From: a bacterium
Lineage (GTDB): Bacteria; Hinthialibacterota; Hinthialibacteria; Hinthialibacterales; Hinthialibacteraceae
DNA: 64,000 nt
NCBI GenBank assembly: GCA_963663405.2
Contig: CAXXSM010000132.1
Coordinates: 32,001 to 96,000, forward strand
Reading direction: 5' to 3'
The translations under genes were made by a program, and so were the position numbers. The notes under the pieces are model-generated. The model was not told where the DNA came from. It made no database searches and saw nothing but the letters and a program-made list of their open reading frames with translations. Shown piece after piece: positions 1 to 10,199 of the stretch; the stretch's first letter is position 1, and each line of letters starts with the position of its first letter.

Positions 1-3000
1 GCCCGAATATTAACGCCCAGGCCAAACCGGAAAATATCGGATCCAGTGTAATCGGCCAAGCCGCCAGCAACGCCGTCCCCGCCGTCAGGAAAATCGGCCG
101 GAACCGGACAGCGCCCGAAGCGAGCAGCGCGTCCCGCAGCGTTTCGCCTCTACGCAGCGCTTCATGAGCGAATTCAATCAAGAGAATCGCATTGCGGACG
201 GCGATCCCTGACAGGGCGATCATCCCGATCATAGCCGTCGCAGTAAAAAAAACAGGCGTAGGATATCCGTTCACACTCATCGTCCCCAAATGATTCAAAA
301 TCCAGAAACCCGGCATTATACCTATCATCGTCAGCGGAATGGAAATCATTAGAATCATCGGCATGAAATACGAACCGGTCTGGTAGATCAGCAAAACATA
401 AATCCCTAAACAAGCGGCCAGAAACGCGAGACCGAGATCCCGCAGCACATCCAACGTGATCTGCCATTCCCCCTCCCCGTTCCAAACCAACTGTGTTCCT
501 TTGGGGACAGACCATTCATCCCCCCCACCATTGGTGAAGTACGTGCGGGAGGAGAGCGGGCGGACTGAGGATGCTTGCGAACTACCCGGTTCATCGGCCA
601 GATCGAACTGCAGATCGATAATCGCTTCCGCCGGCGCCCGTCCCGCCATTTCAGCGAAAACGTAGACGACCCGCTGGAGATTTTTGTGATAGATCATTTG
701 ATCGTTGACCGTCTCTTCGAACGCGCCGATTTCACCCAGCTGAACCAATGGAACCGGCGCGGTCCGCAATCCTCCTCGTTCGCGCGTCTGGGCGATGCCG
801 GGCCGTCCTTTGACGTAGATCGAATTGAGCGACGCTTTTGACGAACGCAGTTCGCGGGGCAGCCGCAAGATGATCGGCAAGGGATTCACTTCGCTGGGGA
901 TCTGCGCGTAGGACGCGGTTTCACCGGCGAGCAGAAACCGCAATGTTTTCGCCACATCGTCCGTCGAGACGCCTGATAGGGCGGCTTTTTCCTTGTCTAA
1001 TTTATATATCTGTTTGGGATGATCCGCTTCGATCGTTGTATCGATATCCACGACTAACGGTTCCCGCTTGAGGCGTTCGGAGACTGCGCGGGCCGCCTCC
1101 TGCATTTGGGAATATGGAACTCCCGGTTCACCGTAGACTTCGACGGCGAGAGTCGAAATCACCGGCGGGCCTGGGGGCATTTCCAAGAGTTTGATATTGG
1201 CGTCCCACAGTGCGGCGGTTTCTTCCAATTGTTTTCGGAGCCGTAAAAGAATCTCATGCGATTGCTGAACACGATCGTCTTTCGGCAATAAATTGACTCG
1301 AATATCACCAACGTTGTTACCTTTCCGTAAATAGTAATGGCGAACCATGCCATTGAAATCCATCGGGGAGGCCAGTCCGCTGAAGAGCGCCACCTCTTTC
1401 ACTTCGGGCGCCTCCCGCAGCGCATCAGCCAAGGCGCGCAACGCCGCGTCGGTTCGTTCCAACGTCGTTCCCTCCGGCATGTCCACGACGATCTGCACTT
1501 CGTTCTTGTTATCAAAGGGAAGCATTTTAAGTGGAACGAATCTCGCCGCGGCTAAGTAAATAGAGAAGAGGAACAAGAGGCACACAATCCCCAATCCGAG
1601 CCAGGCGATGGAGCGGGAATCCAAAAATGGAGCCAACGCGCGGGAATAGATTTTATACATCCCCGATTCTTCCAGAACCCATTCTTTTTCATCCTTACGT
1701 CCTGCGACGGATTTTAAGACATGGTAGCTCATCCAAGGCGTGATCGTAAACGCGACGACCAGAGACATCAGCATGGCGAGAGGCACGTTCAAAGCCATCG
1801 GCCGCATATACGGTCCCATCATTCCTGTGATGAAGAACAGCGGCACAAAGGAGATAATCACTGCTAAGGTCGCCAGAATAATCGGCGGGCGTACTTCATT
1901 GACCGCCGTCAAAATCGCTCGAAGGGGTTTCTCTTTCCGCATTTGGAAATGGCGGTAGATATTTTCCACATCCACGATCGGATCATCCACAACCAGCCCC
2001 AGCGCGAGTGTGAGCGCGAAGAGCGTGACCCGGTTGATCGTGTAACCCAAGAAATAATTGACGATGAGAGTCAACGAAAACGTGATCGGCACGGCGAACG
2101 CGACAATCAAACCTTCCCGCCAGCCTAGCGTGAAGGCGATCAATCCGATCACGATCGCGATCGCCACCAGCAGATTTTCGACCAATTCGTTCACTTTATC
2201 GTTCGCGGTTTCGCCATAATCGCGAATGACGCTGAGATGAACGTGTTCGGGCAGGTGTGTTTTTTTGAGTTCCTCTAATTTGTCGTGAATCGCGCGGGCG
2301 ACAAAGACGGCGTTCGTGCCTTTCTTTTTCGCCACGGAGATATGGACCGCTGGAAAATAGGACTGGAACGCGGTTTCCGGCGCATTTTCACACGCCGGTC
2401 CAAAACCGATCCAGGTGTAGGAATCCGGCTCCGCCGGGCCGTCATGAATATCCGCCACATCACGAAGATATACCGGCACGCCATCGACCACATTGACGAC
2501 TAACGAAGGCAGCGCGGCGGCGCCTTCGAGAAATACGCCCGCGTCCACGAGAAAAGATTGATCCAAGCGGTTCATCTCACCGGCGGGGATTTGCGTGTTC
2601 GACACTCCCAACGCCCACGCCACTTCGAGCGGTGTCGTCTGCCGCGCCGCCAAGGCGTCCGGCCGAATATCCACCCGCACATGACGCGGGCGGCCGCCCA
2701 CGACTTCGGTCTTGTTCGTATTGTCGACGGATTGCAGAGAGATTTCGATCTCCTCCGCGATGCGGCGCAGCGTGTAATCGGAGACTTCATCGGGGCGATC
2801 GCTCCATAATGTCGCGATCACGATAGGCACATCATCGATCTCCACCGGTTTCACTACCCACGATTGAATACCGGGGGTGACGTAATCCATATTGGAGTGA
2901 ATTTTATTGTAGATTTTGACAAGGGAATCCTCTCGGTTCTCCCCTACGTAAAACCGCACTGTCACGATCGCCTGACCCGGACTGGACATTGAATAGACGT

Positions 3001-3253
3001 ATTCCACCCCATCAATTTGAAAGAGCAGTTTTTCCAGCCGTGTGGAGATCTGCCGTTCCACCTGTTCGGCGGACAATCCCGGCGCGGAGATATAAACGTC
3101 GGCCATAGGAACGACAATTTGCGGCTCCTCCTCACGGGGAGTCACCATGAGAGCGATGATTCCAAGCAGAAGCGAAATCAGGATAAACAGTACAGACAGA
3201 TTCGAACGAAGAAACAGTTCAACAATCCGTTGGGTAAAGGAATTCGATTTCAT
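1..3253 (-). CDS. RND efflux transporter permease, AcrB/AcrD/AcrF family (3' end runs off the window)
   Basis: Manual translation of the minus strand from ATG 3253 (alternative 3262): MKSNSFTQRIVELFLRSNLSVLFILISLLLGIIALMVTPREEEPQIVVP..., INRVTLFALTLALGLVVDDPIVDVENI (TM4 DD motif), FRPIFLTAGT near the left edge. Absent from the ORF track because its stop lies outside the window. Confidence 0.92.
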   Translation of the reverse strand, partial: MKSNSFTQRIVELFLRSNLSVLFILISLLLGIIALMVTPREEEPQIVVPMADVYISAPGLSAEQVERQISTRLEKLLFQIDGVEYVYSMSSPGQAIVTVRFYVGENREDSLVKIYNKIHSNMDYVTPGIQSWVVKPVEIDDVPIVIATLWSDRPDEVSDYTLRRIAEEIEISLQSVDNTNKTEVVGGRPRHVRVDIRPDALAARQTTPLEVAWALGVSNTQIPAGEMNRLDQSFLVDAGVFLEGAAALPSLVVNVVDGVPVYLRDVADIHDGPAEPDSYTWIGFGPACENAPETAFQSYFPAVHISVAKKKGTNAVFVARAIHDKLEELKKTHLPEHVHLSVIRDYGETANDKVNELVENLLVAIAIVIGLIAFTLGWREGLIVAFAVPITFSLTLIVNYFLGYTINRVTLFALTLALGLVVDDPIVDVENIYRHFQMRKEKPLRAILTAVNEVRPPIILATLAVIISFVPLFFITGMMGPYMRPMALNVPLAMLMSLVVAFTITPWMSYHVLKSVAGRKDEKEWVLEESGMYKIYSRALAPFLDSRSIAWLGLGIVCLLFLFSIYLAAARFVPLKMLPFDNKNEVQIVVDMPEGTTLERTDAALRALADALREAPEVKEVALFSGLASPMDFNGMVRHYYLRKGNNVGDIRVNLLPKDDRVQQSHEILLRLRKQLEETAALWDANIKLLEMPPGPPVISTLAVEVYGEPGVPYSQMQEAARAVSERLKREPLVVDIDTTIEADHPKQIYKLDKEKAALSGVSTDDVAKTLRFLLAGETASYAQIPSEVNPLPIILRLPRELRSSKASLNSIYVKGRPGIAQTRERGGLRTAPVPLVQLGEIGAFEETVNDQMIYHKNLQRVVYVFAEMAGRAPAEAIIDLQFDLADEPGSSQASSVRPLSSRTYFTNGGGDEWSVPKGTQLVWNGEGEWQITLDVLRDLGLAFLAACLGIYVLLIYQTGSYFMPMILMISIPLTMIGIMPGFWILNHLGTMSVNGYPTPVFFTATAMIGMIALSGIAVRNAILLIEFAHEALRRGETLRDALLASGAVRFRPIFLTAGTALLAAWPITLDPIFSGLAWALIFG

Positions 3254-3385
3254 AGGTTCCATCCTATCGTTTCTCAAACGGCCTGAGTTAGAATCCTATT
3301 CTATTATTTCAGTAAAATATTCAGAAAATATTATATTTCAAATGATCAAAATATTAACGTGGAAACACAATCCGGGAATCATGAA

Positions 3386-6300
3386 TTATTCACTGCGGAG
3401 CGCTTGGATGAGTTTTTCCCGCAATGCGCTGGCTGTAGCGAGATAAATCCCCACAACGCCGCTTATGAGAATGGACAGAAGAGTCAGCGAAAGCGAGAGA
3501 TAAGGGTATGTGGCAGTATGAAAATGCAACGCGGGCAAGGATGCGGTCAATCCGGATATCACGCCGCAATCCAGGCCGAAGAATAAAAGATACAAGTGTT
3601 CGGTCACCACCATCCGGCGGATGGCCGCGTTGGAAAATCCCACCGCCCGCATCAGCGCGAATTCCGAACGCCGTTCGAGAATGTTCCGCATCACAACAAC
3701 GCCGATCCCGGCGCATCCTAGAATCAACCCCAATCCACCCAGAATCTGAAAGATCGACAAGTATGTGTTTTCCATCTGGGAAAACGTCGCGAGCCGCTCA
3801 CCGGCAGGCGTCAACTCGAGTCCCAAATCCTGAAGCGCCTGAAGAAGAGTGTCCCGGCAGGCGGTCCGATCCGCTTGGGGGATATCCAAAAGTAAAATTC
3901 GATAGCCGCCGGATGAGGGAAAACGCTTCATAAAATGTTCTTCGGAAATTAATACACTTCCTTGAAAAATCGAATTCGACAACAGTCCGGCAAGGGTGAC
4001 CTGGAACGAATTTCCGTTTTCGTCCGTATAGGTCAGCGTGTCTCCGATCGATTTCCCCAGCGCCCACATGGCGGTGGATTGATCGACTATCGCAGGGATC
4101 GAACCGTCGTCCAACCGTTGATCTAACAATTTCCATGCGGTCTCCGGGTCTATTTTTCCATCAGCGGTCTGTACGAATTGAAACGCGCCGAGGGAAGAAA
4201 ACCGGTCCGCGTTCACGCCAATCAGCCGGGGATTCTGCGCTTGGTTTAGGTTCAGACAATTGGCCTCATCCCCCTCCCGGAGGCGCAGGGGATACACGGT
4301 GAGATTCGGCAGATCGCTGCGGGATAATCCAAACTCGTTACACCCTTCTTCCGTATTCAGATCGTAGAGCAGAGGAAGCGCCGTTTCTCCATAATAGGCG
4401 AATCCTCCCGTCCCCGACGTTCGCGAATCCGCGCCAAGAAGCGCGTCGCGCCGGTTCGCTCCAACCGCGATCGTCAGGAATACGCCGATGGAAAAGATCC
4501 CAATCACAGCGAGGCTGCGGCCCCGGCGGCGGCCGATGTTTCTCTTCCCGATTTCAGTTAAAGTGAGATTGCGGTTGGTTCCTTCTTTCATGATGTGGGA
4601 GAGATAGGTTTGGCACACGCTAATCCCAGCGATGAGAAGCAACGCGCCGATCCCAAAAAACTGCCCGGCGGCGGCGGTCGCGTCATCCGGTGAAATAAAC
4701 AGAAACAACGCCAGAGCGGAGACTCCCGCCACGGCCGCCAGCCACAATCCCCGGCTTGTGGATTTGATTACGGGAATGTATTCGCTGCCATGCGTGGCCA
4801 ACAAGGATTGAATCGATGGTTTTGACTGCCGCCAGACCGCGAACCAAATCGCGCATGCGCTGATGACGGCGCCGGCCAGAAAACTGCCGATCAACGTCAT
4901 AGGCGAAAAAACCATCTCAAACCGCATCCCGGCGACGGCGCCGCTCCAAACCGTTGAAAGCGCCCAGATCATGAAACGCGAATAGACCAACGCTGCGATC
5001 ACTCCCAGCGCGCTTCCCACGATCGCCACGCCCAAGCCCTCGCTCCAATACAAGTGGCGAATTCTTTTTTCGGGAAAACCTACAGCGAACAATACGCCGG
5101 TCTGACGCGCGCGCCGTTCAACGCCGAAAATATAGAGCAACGCCGTTAAAATCAACGCGGAGACGATTAAAAAGAAACTCAAACTAATGAACAAGACACC
5201 GAAATTCAACGCACGATCGACGGCCCGCAGGGCGATCTCCCGCACGGGTTGAAATAACAGCCCAAAATCGGCGGGATTCAATACGCTGGTGATTCGATTC
5301 TTGATTTGCGATTCAGTATCGGACTCATTATGAAAGCGTATCGCAGTCAAATCGCCATAGAGATTGCTCCACATCGCCTGCCCCGCTTGAAGCGAAACAA
5401 ATGCTTTGGGAGTCCCTTTATATAGATCCCAATACGCTTCATCCTTACCGCGGATTTTTTCCAGGTCGATCAGGAATCCCGGATCCCATTCGCGGCAGTG
5501 TTCGGTTTTGGCGATTCCTGGAAAATCGGGCATCAAAGAGGGATCGCACAATGGATTCGACATGGGGATGACCGCATGTACGGTGAACGTACGTTTCCGT
5601 TCGATCAATTTCCGCATCGGCCCGAGAACGTTATACGTTAATGTTAAAGTATCGCCTTTGCGCGCGTTTAAATCTTCGGCCAGCCATTCATTGATGATGA
5701 TTCCATTGGTGTCTAGATTGAGCGTTTCTGGATAGAGCGCCGGTTGGACGCTGTTTTCTTGAATCGCCGCCACCATCGAATACGGCGCCACATGATCTCC
5801 GGCGCGAATCTCGTTGACAAAATAGGTCAGGATTCCCATATGAGAATTCGAGTTCGAGTTTTGAAGCGTATCTTGAACGAGTCCATGCAAAATACGGGAG
5901 TCGAAAAAAATCCGTTCCGTCCGAAGTTCATACCATCCTGGATGGGAAATCGATTGTAATGTAAATTGCGCGTCGTCCAAGTTCCAATTTCGCCGCATCG
6001 CTTCAGTGATCTGTTCCGCTGTTAATGTCGAGTCTTCCCGGCCTTTGAGCAGGATCGAATTGATCTGCCCGGTCTTTCCGGTTTTTTCCTGCAGGAAGGA
6101 TAGTGGGAGAAAGGCGTTGTACGGCGCGACTTGATTGGCGTTCAGATCGAAGCGGCCCATTTGCCGGTCTTCCACGATCTTGGCGATGGGCAGACGGAAT
6201 GCGAGAGACGAGTCATCGACTGTGGTTAAAGGAATTTCGCGGGAGATAACAGACGGATTTTCAATGCGTATGACAATGGAATCGCCTTCGCGAACAGAAA

Positions 6301-6727
6301 GACGTTCCGCGAGCGGACGATTGATGATAACGGATTCTTCTCCAGCGGGGAATCCATCAAACGGTTCCCATCCAAGAGACCAAAACCGGGAATCCACACC
6401 ATAGAGAGAGACGCTGTTCGCGCTGCGCGTTCCATCCCCTTTCCTTGCAATGGCCCGTGTATGAATCACCGGCGCCGCGGTTGTAGATAGTTCATCTCCA
6501 AGCGCGTCCGCCAATGACGCGCGGAAAAACCGGGAGGGATGAATCAACGCGTATTCGGTTGTCCCCAACCGATTGAGAGCCACGGCGCGCAGTGTATGGT
6601 CGACGCAATCCCCTACAATCAAAGCGCCCGTCAAGGCCATCACCGCGAACAAGGTTCCCAGCGCCGCCCCCAAGTGCGCTCTCCAATAATACAGCAGGCT
6701 GTTTATAATCAGGCGAAATCGGTTCAA
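3386..6727 (-). CDS. ABC transporter permease, duplicated FtsX/MacB-like
   Basis: 1113 aa with two FtsX-type TM clusters (ERRARQTGVLFAVGF; ERRSEFALMRAVGF) and large periplasmic loops; overlaps the ATPase gene by 4 nt. Confidence 0.9.
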   Translation of the reverse strand: MNRFRLIINSLLYYWRAHLGAALGTLFAVMALTGALIVGDCVDHTLRAVALNRLGTTEYALIHPSRFFRASLADALGDELSTTAAPVIHTRAIARKGDGTRSANSVSLYGVDSRFWSLGWEPFDGFPAGEESVIINRPLAERLSVREGDSIVIRIENPSVISREIPLTTVDDSSLAFRLPIAKIVEDRQMGRFDLNANQVAPYNAFLPLSFLQEKTGKTGQINSILLKGREDSTLTAEQITEAMRRNWNLDDAQFTLQSISHPGWYELRTERIFFDSRILHGLVQDTLQNSNSNSHMGILTYFVNEIRAGDHVAPYSMVAAIQENSVQPALYPETLNLDTNGIIINEWLAEDLNARKGDTLTLTYNVLGPMRKLIERKRTFTVHAVIPMSNPLCDPSLMPDFPGIAKTEHCREWDPGFLIDLEKIRGKDEAYWDLYKGTPKAFVSLQAGQAMWSNLYGDLTAIRFHNESDTESQIKNRITSVLNPADFGLLFQPVREIALRAVDRALNFGVLFISLSFFLIVSALILTALLYIFGVERRARQTGVLFAVGFPEKRIRHLYWSEGLGVAIVGSALGVIAALVYSRFMIWALSTVWSGAVAGMRFEMVFSPMTLIGSFLAGAVISACAIWFAVWRQSKPSIQSLLATHGSEYIPVIKSTSRGLWLAAVAGVSALALFLFISPDDATAAAGQFFGIGALLLIAGISVCQTYLSHIMKEGTNRNLTLTEIGKRNIGRRRGRSLAVIGIFSIGVFLTIAVGANRRDALLGADSRTSGTGGFAYYGETALPLLYDLNTEEGCNEFGLSRSDLPNLTVYPLRLREGDEANCLNLNQAQNPRLIGVNADRFSSLGAFQFVQTADGKIDPETAWKLLDQRLDDGSIPAIVDQSTAMWALGKSIGDTLTYTDENGNSFQVTLAGLLSNSIFQGSVLISEEHFMKRFPSSGGYRILLLDIPQADRTACRDTLLQALQDLGLELTPAGERLATFSQMENTYLSIFQILGGLGLILGCAGIGVVVMRNILERRSEFALMRAVGFSNAAIRRMVVTEHLYLLFFGLDCGVISGLTASLPALHFHTATYPYLSLSLTLLSILISGVVGIYLATASALREKLIQALRSE

Positions 6728-7440
6728 TTTCTTCCCTCGAGACGGCAGAGAATTCCGTCTTTCAATTCAAGCGCGCGGTCCATGTTGTGAATCCATTCGA
6801 GCGCATGGGTAACGACGATGGATGTCAATCCACGTTCCTTGTTGATTTCGACCAATAGTTTCATGAGCCGTTCGGCGTTTTCCCGGTCCAGCGCGCCGGT
6901 GGGTTCATCGGCGAGTAAGACGAGTGGTTGATTGATCAACGAACGCACATACGCCACGCGCTGCCGCTCACCTCCAGAGAGTTGCGCGGGGCGGTGGTTC
7001 AACCGGTCAGACAATCCGACACGGTCCAGCAGCGCGTTGGCGCGTTGAACGGCGTCATCGCCCGCCGAAGCGTGATACGCCAATGTGGGTAAGAGAACAT
7101 TTTCTAAAATGGAGCACTGAGGCAACAGATGATGATCTTGAAAAACGAAGCCGATTTTTTCGTTCCGGATTCGGGCGAGTTGGGATTCATCCAATTCAGA
7201 AAGATCTTCGTTATCAATAAACACATTGCCTGATGTCGGCGAATCCAATCCACCGATCAGATTCAGCAGCGTGCTTTTTCCCGATCCGGACGGTCCGATG
7301 ATTGCGATCGTCTCTCCAGCGCCGATTTCTAACTGAATGTCCCGTAGAACGGAAAGACCCGGCCCACCGGCGGCGCCCTCATATTCTTTTGATACGGATT
7401 CAATTCGTATAAGCGGGGATGTTTGATTCATAACTCTCAC
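6724..7440 (-). CDS. ABC transporter ATP-binding protein, LolD/MacB-like
   Basis: Walker A GPSGSGKS, signature LSGGERQRV, Walker B LLADEPTG, H-loop VVTH. Confidence 0.95.
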   Translation of the reverse strand: MRVMNQTSPLIRIESVSKEYEGAAGGPGLSVLRDIQLEIGAGETIAIIGPSGSGKSTLLNLIGGLDSPTSGNVFIDNEDLSELDESQLARIRNEKIGFVFQDHHLLPQCSILENVLLPTLAYHASAGDDAVQRANALLDRVGLSDRLNHRPAQLSGGERQRVAYVRSLINQPLVLLADEPTGALDRENAERLMKLLVEINKERGLTSIVVTHALEWIHNMDRALELKDGILCRLEGRN

Positions 7441-7454
7441 CCAATGTTCTATAT

Positions 7455-8756
7455 TTATTGCGTGGATTTTGATTCCCGGACGCGCTCCAGTATAGGAAGA
7501 ATTTCTTGCGTCATCCGTTCGATCGTGAAATATTGAAAAACAGATTCTCTCCCGCGAACGCCCATCTCTCTCGCTTTTTCCGGCTGAAGTAATAATTCCG
7601 TCAAAGCGGAATCATACGCGTCCAAGTCATCGGGTTCGTATAAAATTCCACCGCCTGTCCGTTCAATGATTTCAGGAAAGCCGCCACTGCGGGGTTGGAC
7701 CACGGGAACACCCGCCGCCATCGCTTCGATGACGTACAATCCGAACGCTTCCTCGTGCGCGGCCGGAACCGAGAGTACGGATAGGGATTTTAACAATTCA
7801 ATTTTTTCTTTGCGGGTGATATTTGGATGAAACGAAACGCTTTCCAGTACACCCGCTTCGTCCAACTGTTTTTTCATCGCTTCAACAAAAGGCTCATCGG
7901 CGTTGGTCATTGTGCCGGCGATTTTTAATCGTAACGAGTTAAATTCCGATTGTTTTTTCAACCGGATAAACGCATCGACAAGATGATCCAATCCTTTGGC
8001 GGCGAATAGATGCGCCAGGAAACCTAATACCGGCGTTTCAGGAATGGGATTCAAATCCCCATATCCATCTAGGGATATTCCGTTCTGCACAGGAACGCAT
8101 TGCTCCGGGCGCAGGTTCATTCGTTCTTTCATCACACCGGCGTAGTAATGGCTGACGGGAAGAAACATGTCTATATATCGCGCATTCTCAACCATCAGGC
8201 GCCAAGCGTCCTTGCTGAATGGTTCTGGAAGATCGTCCAAAAAACCGTCTTCACCCTGCAGCGAACAAACCACGGGGATGCCTAAATCTTGGGATATCGC
8301 CTTGGCCATTCCTGATAGTAATCCATTGGATAGCAAAACGACATCCGGCTTTTCCTGATGCCGCATCCAGGCGATAAATCGGTGTAATTCCTTGACCTGT
8401 CTCCCCTCTTCTCCCGCGAGCATCGAGACGGTCATATCACCGAGTTCAGACGCGTCGGTCATCCCTGCTTTTTTCGCGGCTAGATTCAACAGCCAACGCG
8501 AATCGAAAAGCTTGTCGATCCAGCGAGGCGTATTTCGAAACAATCGTACTTTTTGTTGGAGATATACATTAATACCACCAAAAAAGATAGGCGCGTCGTT
8601 TTCAATATCAGGCTCGTCTGTGCACAAGGGAAGGTACAGTGGCTGGAGAACAACATCATGTCCAACTTTCCGCAAAGCGCGCGCCAGCGCCGTATCACGA
8701 ATGCATCCGCCACAATAAAAATTGGCCGTGCCGGGGATGATGATTAAAATTCTCAT
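7455..8756 (-). CDS. Glycosyltransferase family 4 (GT-B)
   Basis: EAFGLYVIEAMAAGVPVV (EX7E) motif; N-terminal FYCGGCIRD. Confidence 0.92.
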   Translation of the reverse strand: MRILIIIPGTANFYCGGCIRDTALARALRKVGHDVVLQPLYLPLCTDEPDIENDAPIFFGGINVYLQQKVRLFRNTPRWIDKLFDSRWLLNLAAKKAGMTDASELGDMTVSMLAGEEGRQVKELHRFIAWMRHQEKPDVVLLSNGLLSGMAKAISQDLGIPVVCSLQGEDGFLDDLPEPFSKDAWRLMVENARYIDMFLPVSHYYAGVMKERMNLRPEQCVPVQNGISLDGYGDLNPIPETPVLGFLAHLFAAKGLDHLVDAFIRLKKQSEFNSLRLKIAGTMTNADEPFVEAMKKQLDEAGVLESVSFHPNITRKEKIELLKSLSVLSVPAAHEEAFGLYVIEAMAAGVPVVQPRSGGFPEIIERTGGGILYEPDDLDAYDSALTELLLQPEKAREMGVRGRESVFQYFTIERMTQEILPILERVRESKSTQ

Positions 8757-8822
8757 AAGCAACCTGTTAAACGATTCTTTTTAAAATAGATAACGATTTA
8801 GCGCTCTTATTGCCGATCGTAT

Positions 8823-9983
8823 TCATTTCCTCTTGGCGCCGAAAGCGTACACAATCCCATCCTCCGCGCCGATGATGAGTTTTTCATCCGCGATCGCGGG
8901 CGAGCCGGGAATCCCCGCGCCGATTTCGTATTCCCACCGTAACGCTCCATCCGCCAATCCGAGGCGATACAATCGGCCATCGCTCGATCCAACCAGGACA
9001 TCATCGCCGCATAAGACGGGGGATGAATCCACTTCCCCCTTGGTCCGGAATACCCAGATTCGTTTCCCTGTTTTTTTGTTGACGCAATGGACACGGCTGT
9101 CTCTCGCACCGAAAACAACGTAGTCATTCCCCACAGCAGGGGAGGAGAAATAGGGAAACTCACGATCCTTGTATTCCCATACGATTTCTTGGTTAGGTAT
9201 ATCTACACAGAGAAACTGGTTCGCATAATGACCGATGTACGCCCGTTTTCCTTCAAACGCGATCGACGCGGCGATATACGCGCCAACGTCGAAAACGGAA
9301 ATTTGTTTCCCATCCTCCAGAGATACACAGTGGATCATCGCGTCACAACCGCCAAAGACCGCCTGGTTGTTGGATATGGCAGGGGAACCATTGATGTAAT
9401 TTTCGGATTCATACCGCCATCGTTCCTTTCCTGTTGGCGAATCCAGCGCGTATAAATATCCATCGTAGCTGCCGAAAACGATCAGTGGCTCCTTTTCCCC
9501 TTCTAATACAGCCCAATTGGCTGAACCGAGAATTTGATCGGAGGTTTCGAATTTCCAACGTTGCGCGCCGCCGCTTGCGCTAAGGGAATAGAGAAATCCA
9601 TCCGTTGAACCGATATACACCGAATCATTTAACACCATCGGCGGCGCTTCAATCGAGCCTTCGGTTTTAAACGCCCAGACTCGGGCGCCACTTCCCAAAT
9701 CGAGCGCGTAAACAAATCCATCTCCAGAACCAATAAATACCGTTCCATCCGCAATGACAGCCGAAGAAATAATCGGGCCGCCGGTTTTGTATTGCCAAAG
9801 GAGATCCAATTCTGTAGGAAGCGAACCGGCGCATACGCCCAATTGGCGCTGCCCGCCCCGGAACATCGGCCAGTTGGCGGAGGGGGATTTTTCCTCTGCC
9901 ACACCCATGAGGCTATGAAGGACTAGGACGAAACACAAGAATGAATTCTTGATTAAAGCGTTTATTCGTTTTTTCATCAGCAT
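8823..9983 (-). CDS. Secreted PQQ-binding-like beta-propeller repeat protein (BamB-like)
   Basis: Signal peptide, WPMFRG, repeated GSxDGxLYAL..G..RW units; AAGGAG RBS upstream of ATG 9983 (ORF-track start at 10130 is probably too long). Confidence 0.88.
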   Translation of the reverse strand: MLMKKRINALIKNSFLCFVLVLHSLMGVAEEKSPSANWPMFRGGQRQLGVCAGSLPTELDLLWQYKTGGPIISSAVIADGTVFIGSGDGFVYALDLGSGARVWAFKTEGSIEAPPMVLNDSVYIGSTDGFLYSLSASGGAQRWKFETSDQILGSANWAVLEGEKEPLIVFGSYDGYLYALDSPTGKERWRYESENYINGSPAISNNQAVFGGCDAMIHCVSLEDGKQISVFDVGAYIAASIAFEGKRAYIGHYANQFLCVDIPNQEIVWEYKDREFPYFSSPAVGNDYVVFGARDSRVHCVNKKTGKRIWVFRTKGEVDSSPVLCGDDVLVGSSDGRLYRLGLADGALRWEYEIGAGIPGSPAIADEKLIIGAEDGIVYAFGAKRK

Positions 9984-10199
9984 TAAGGTTTTCGCTCCTT
10001 TGTATCCTGCTGAAACAAAAACTTGTTTAATAGTATACCTTCGCTTGCTCCAATTTTCTGAAAAGATCATTGAATTCTTCTTTCCAAATTCAGTTCTTCT
10101 ATTAACCCTCGCTTTCGAAGCGTGACTCATGTATGCTTACAAACGTATAAACAAAACCATTCTCATTGTGTAGTATTTTTCCACAAGACTCATATCGAT

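Noticed and set aside
174-3446. Numerous short ORFs listed at the window start
   Set aside because: All are shadows of the single RND permease frame or the ABC permease end.
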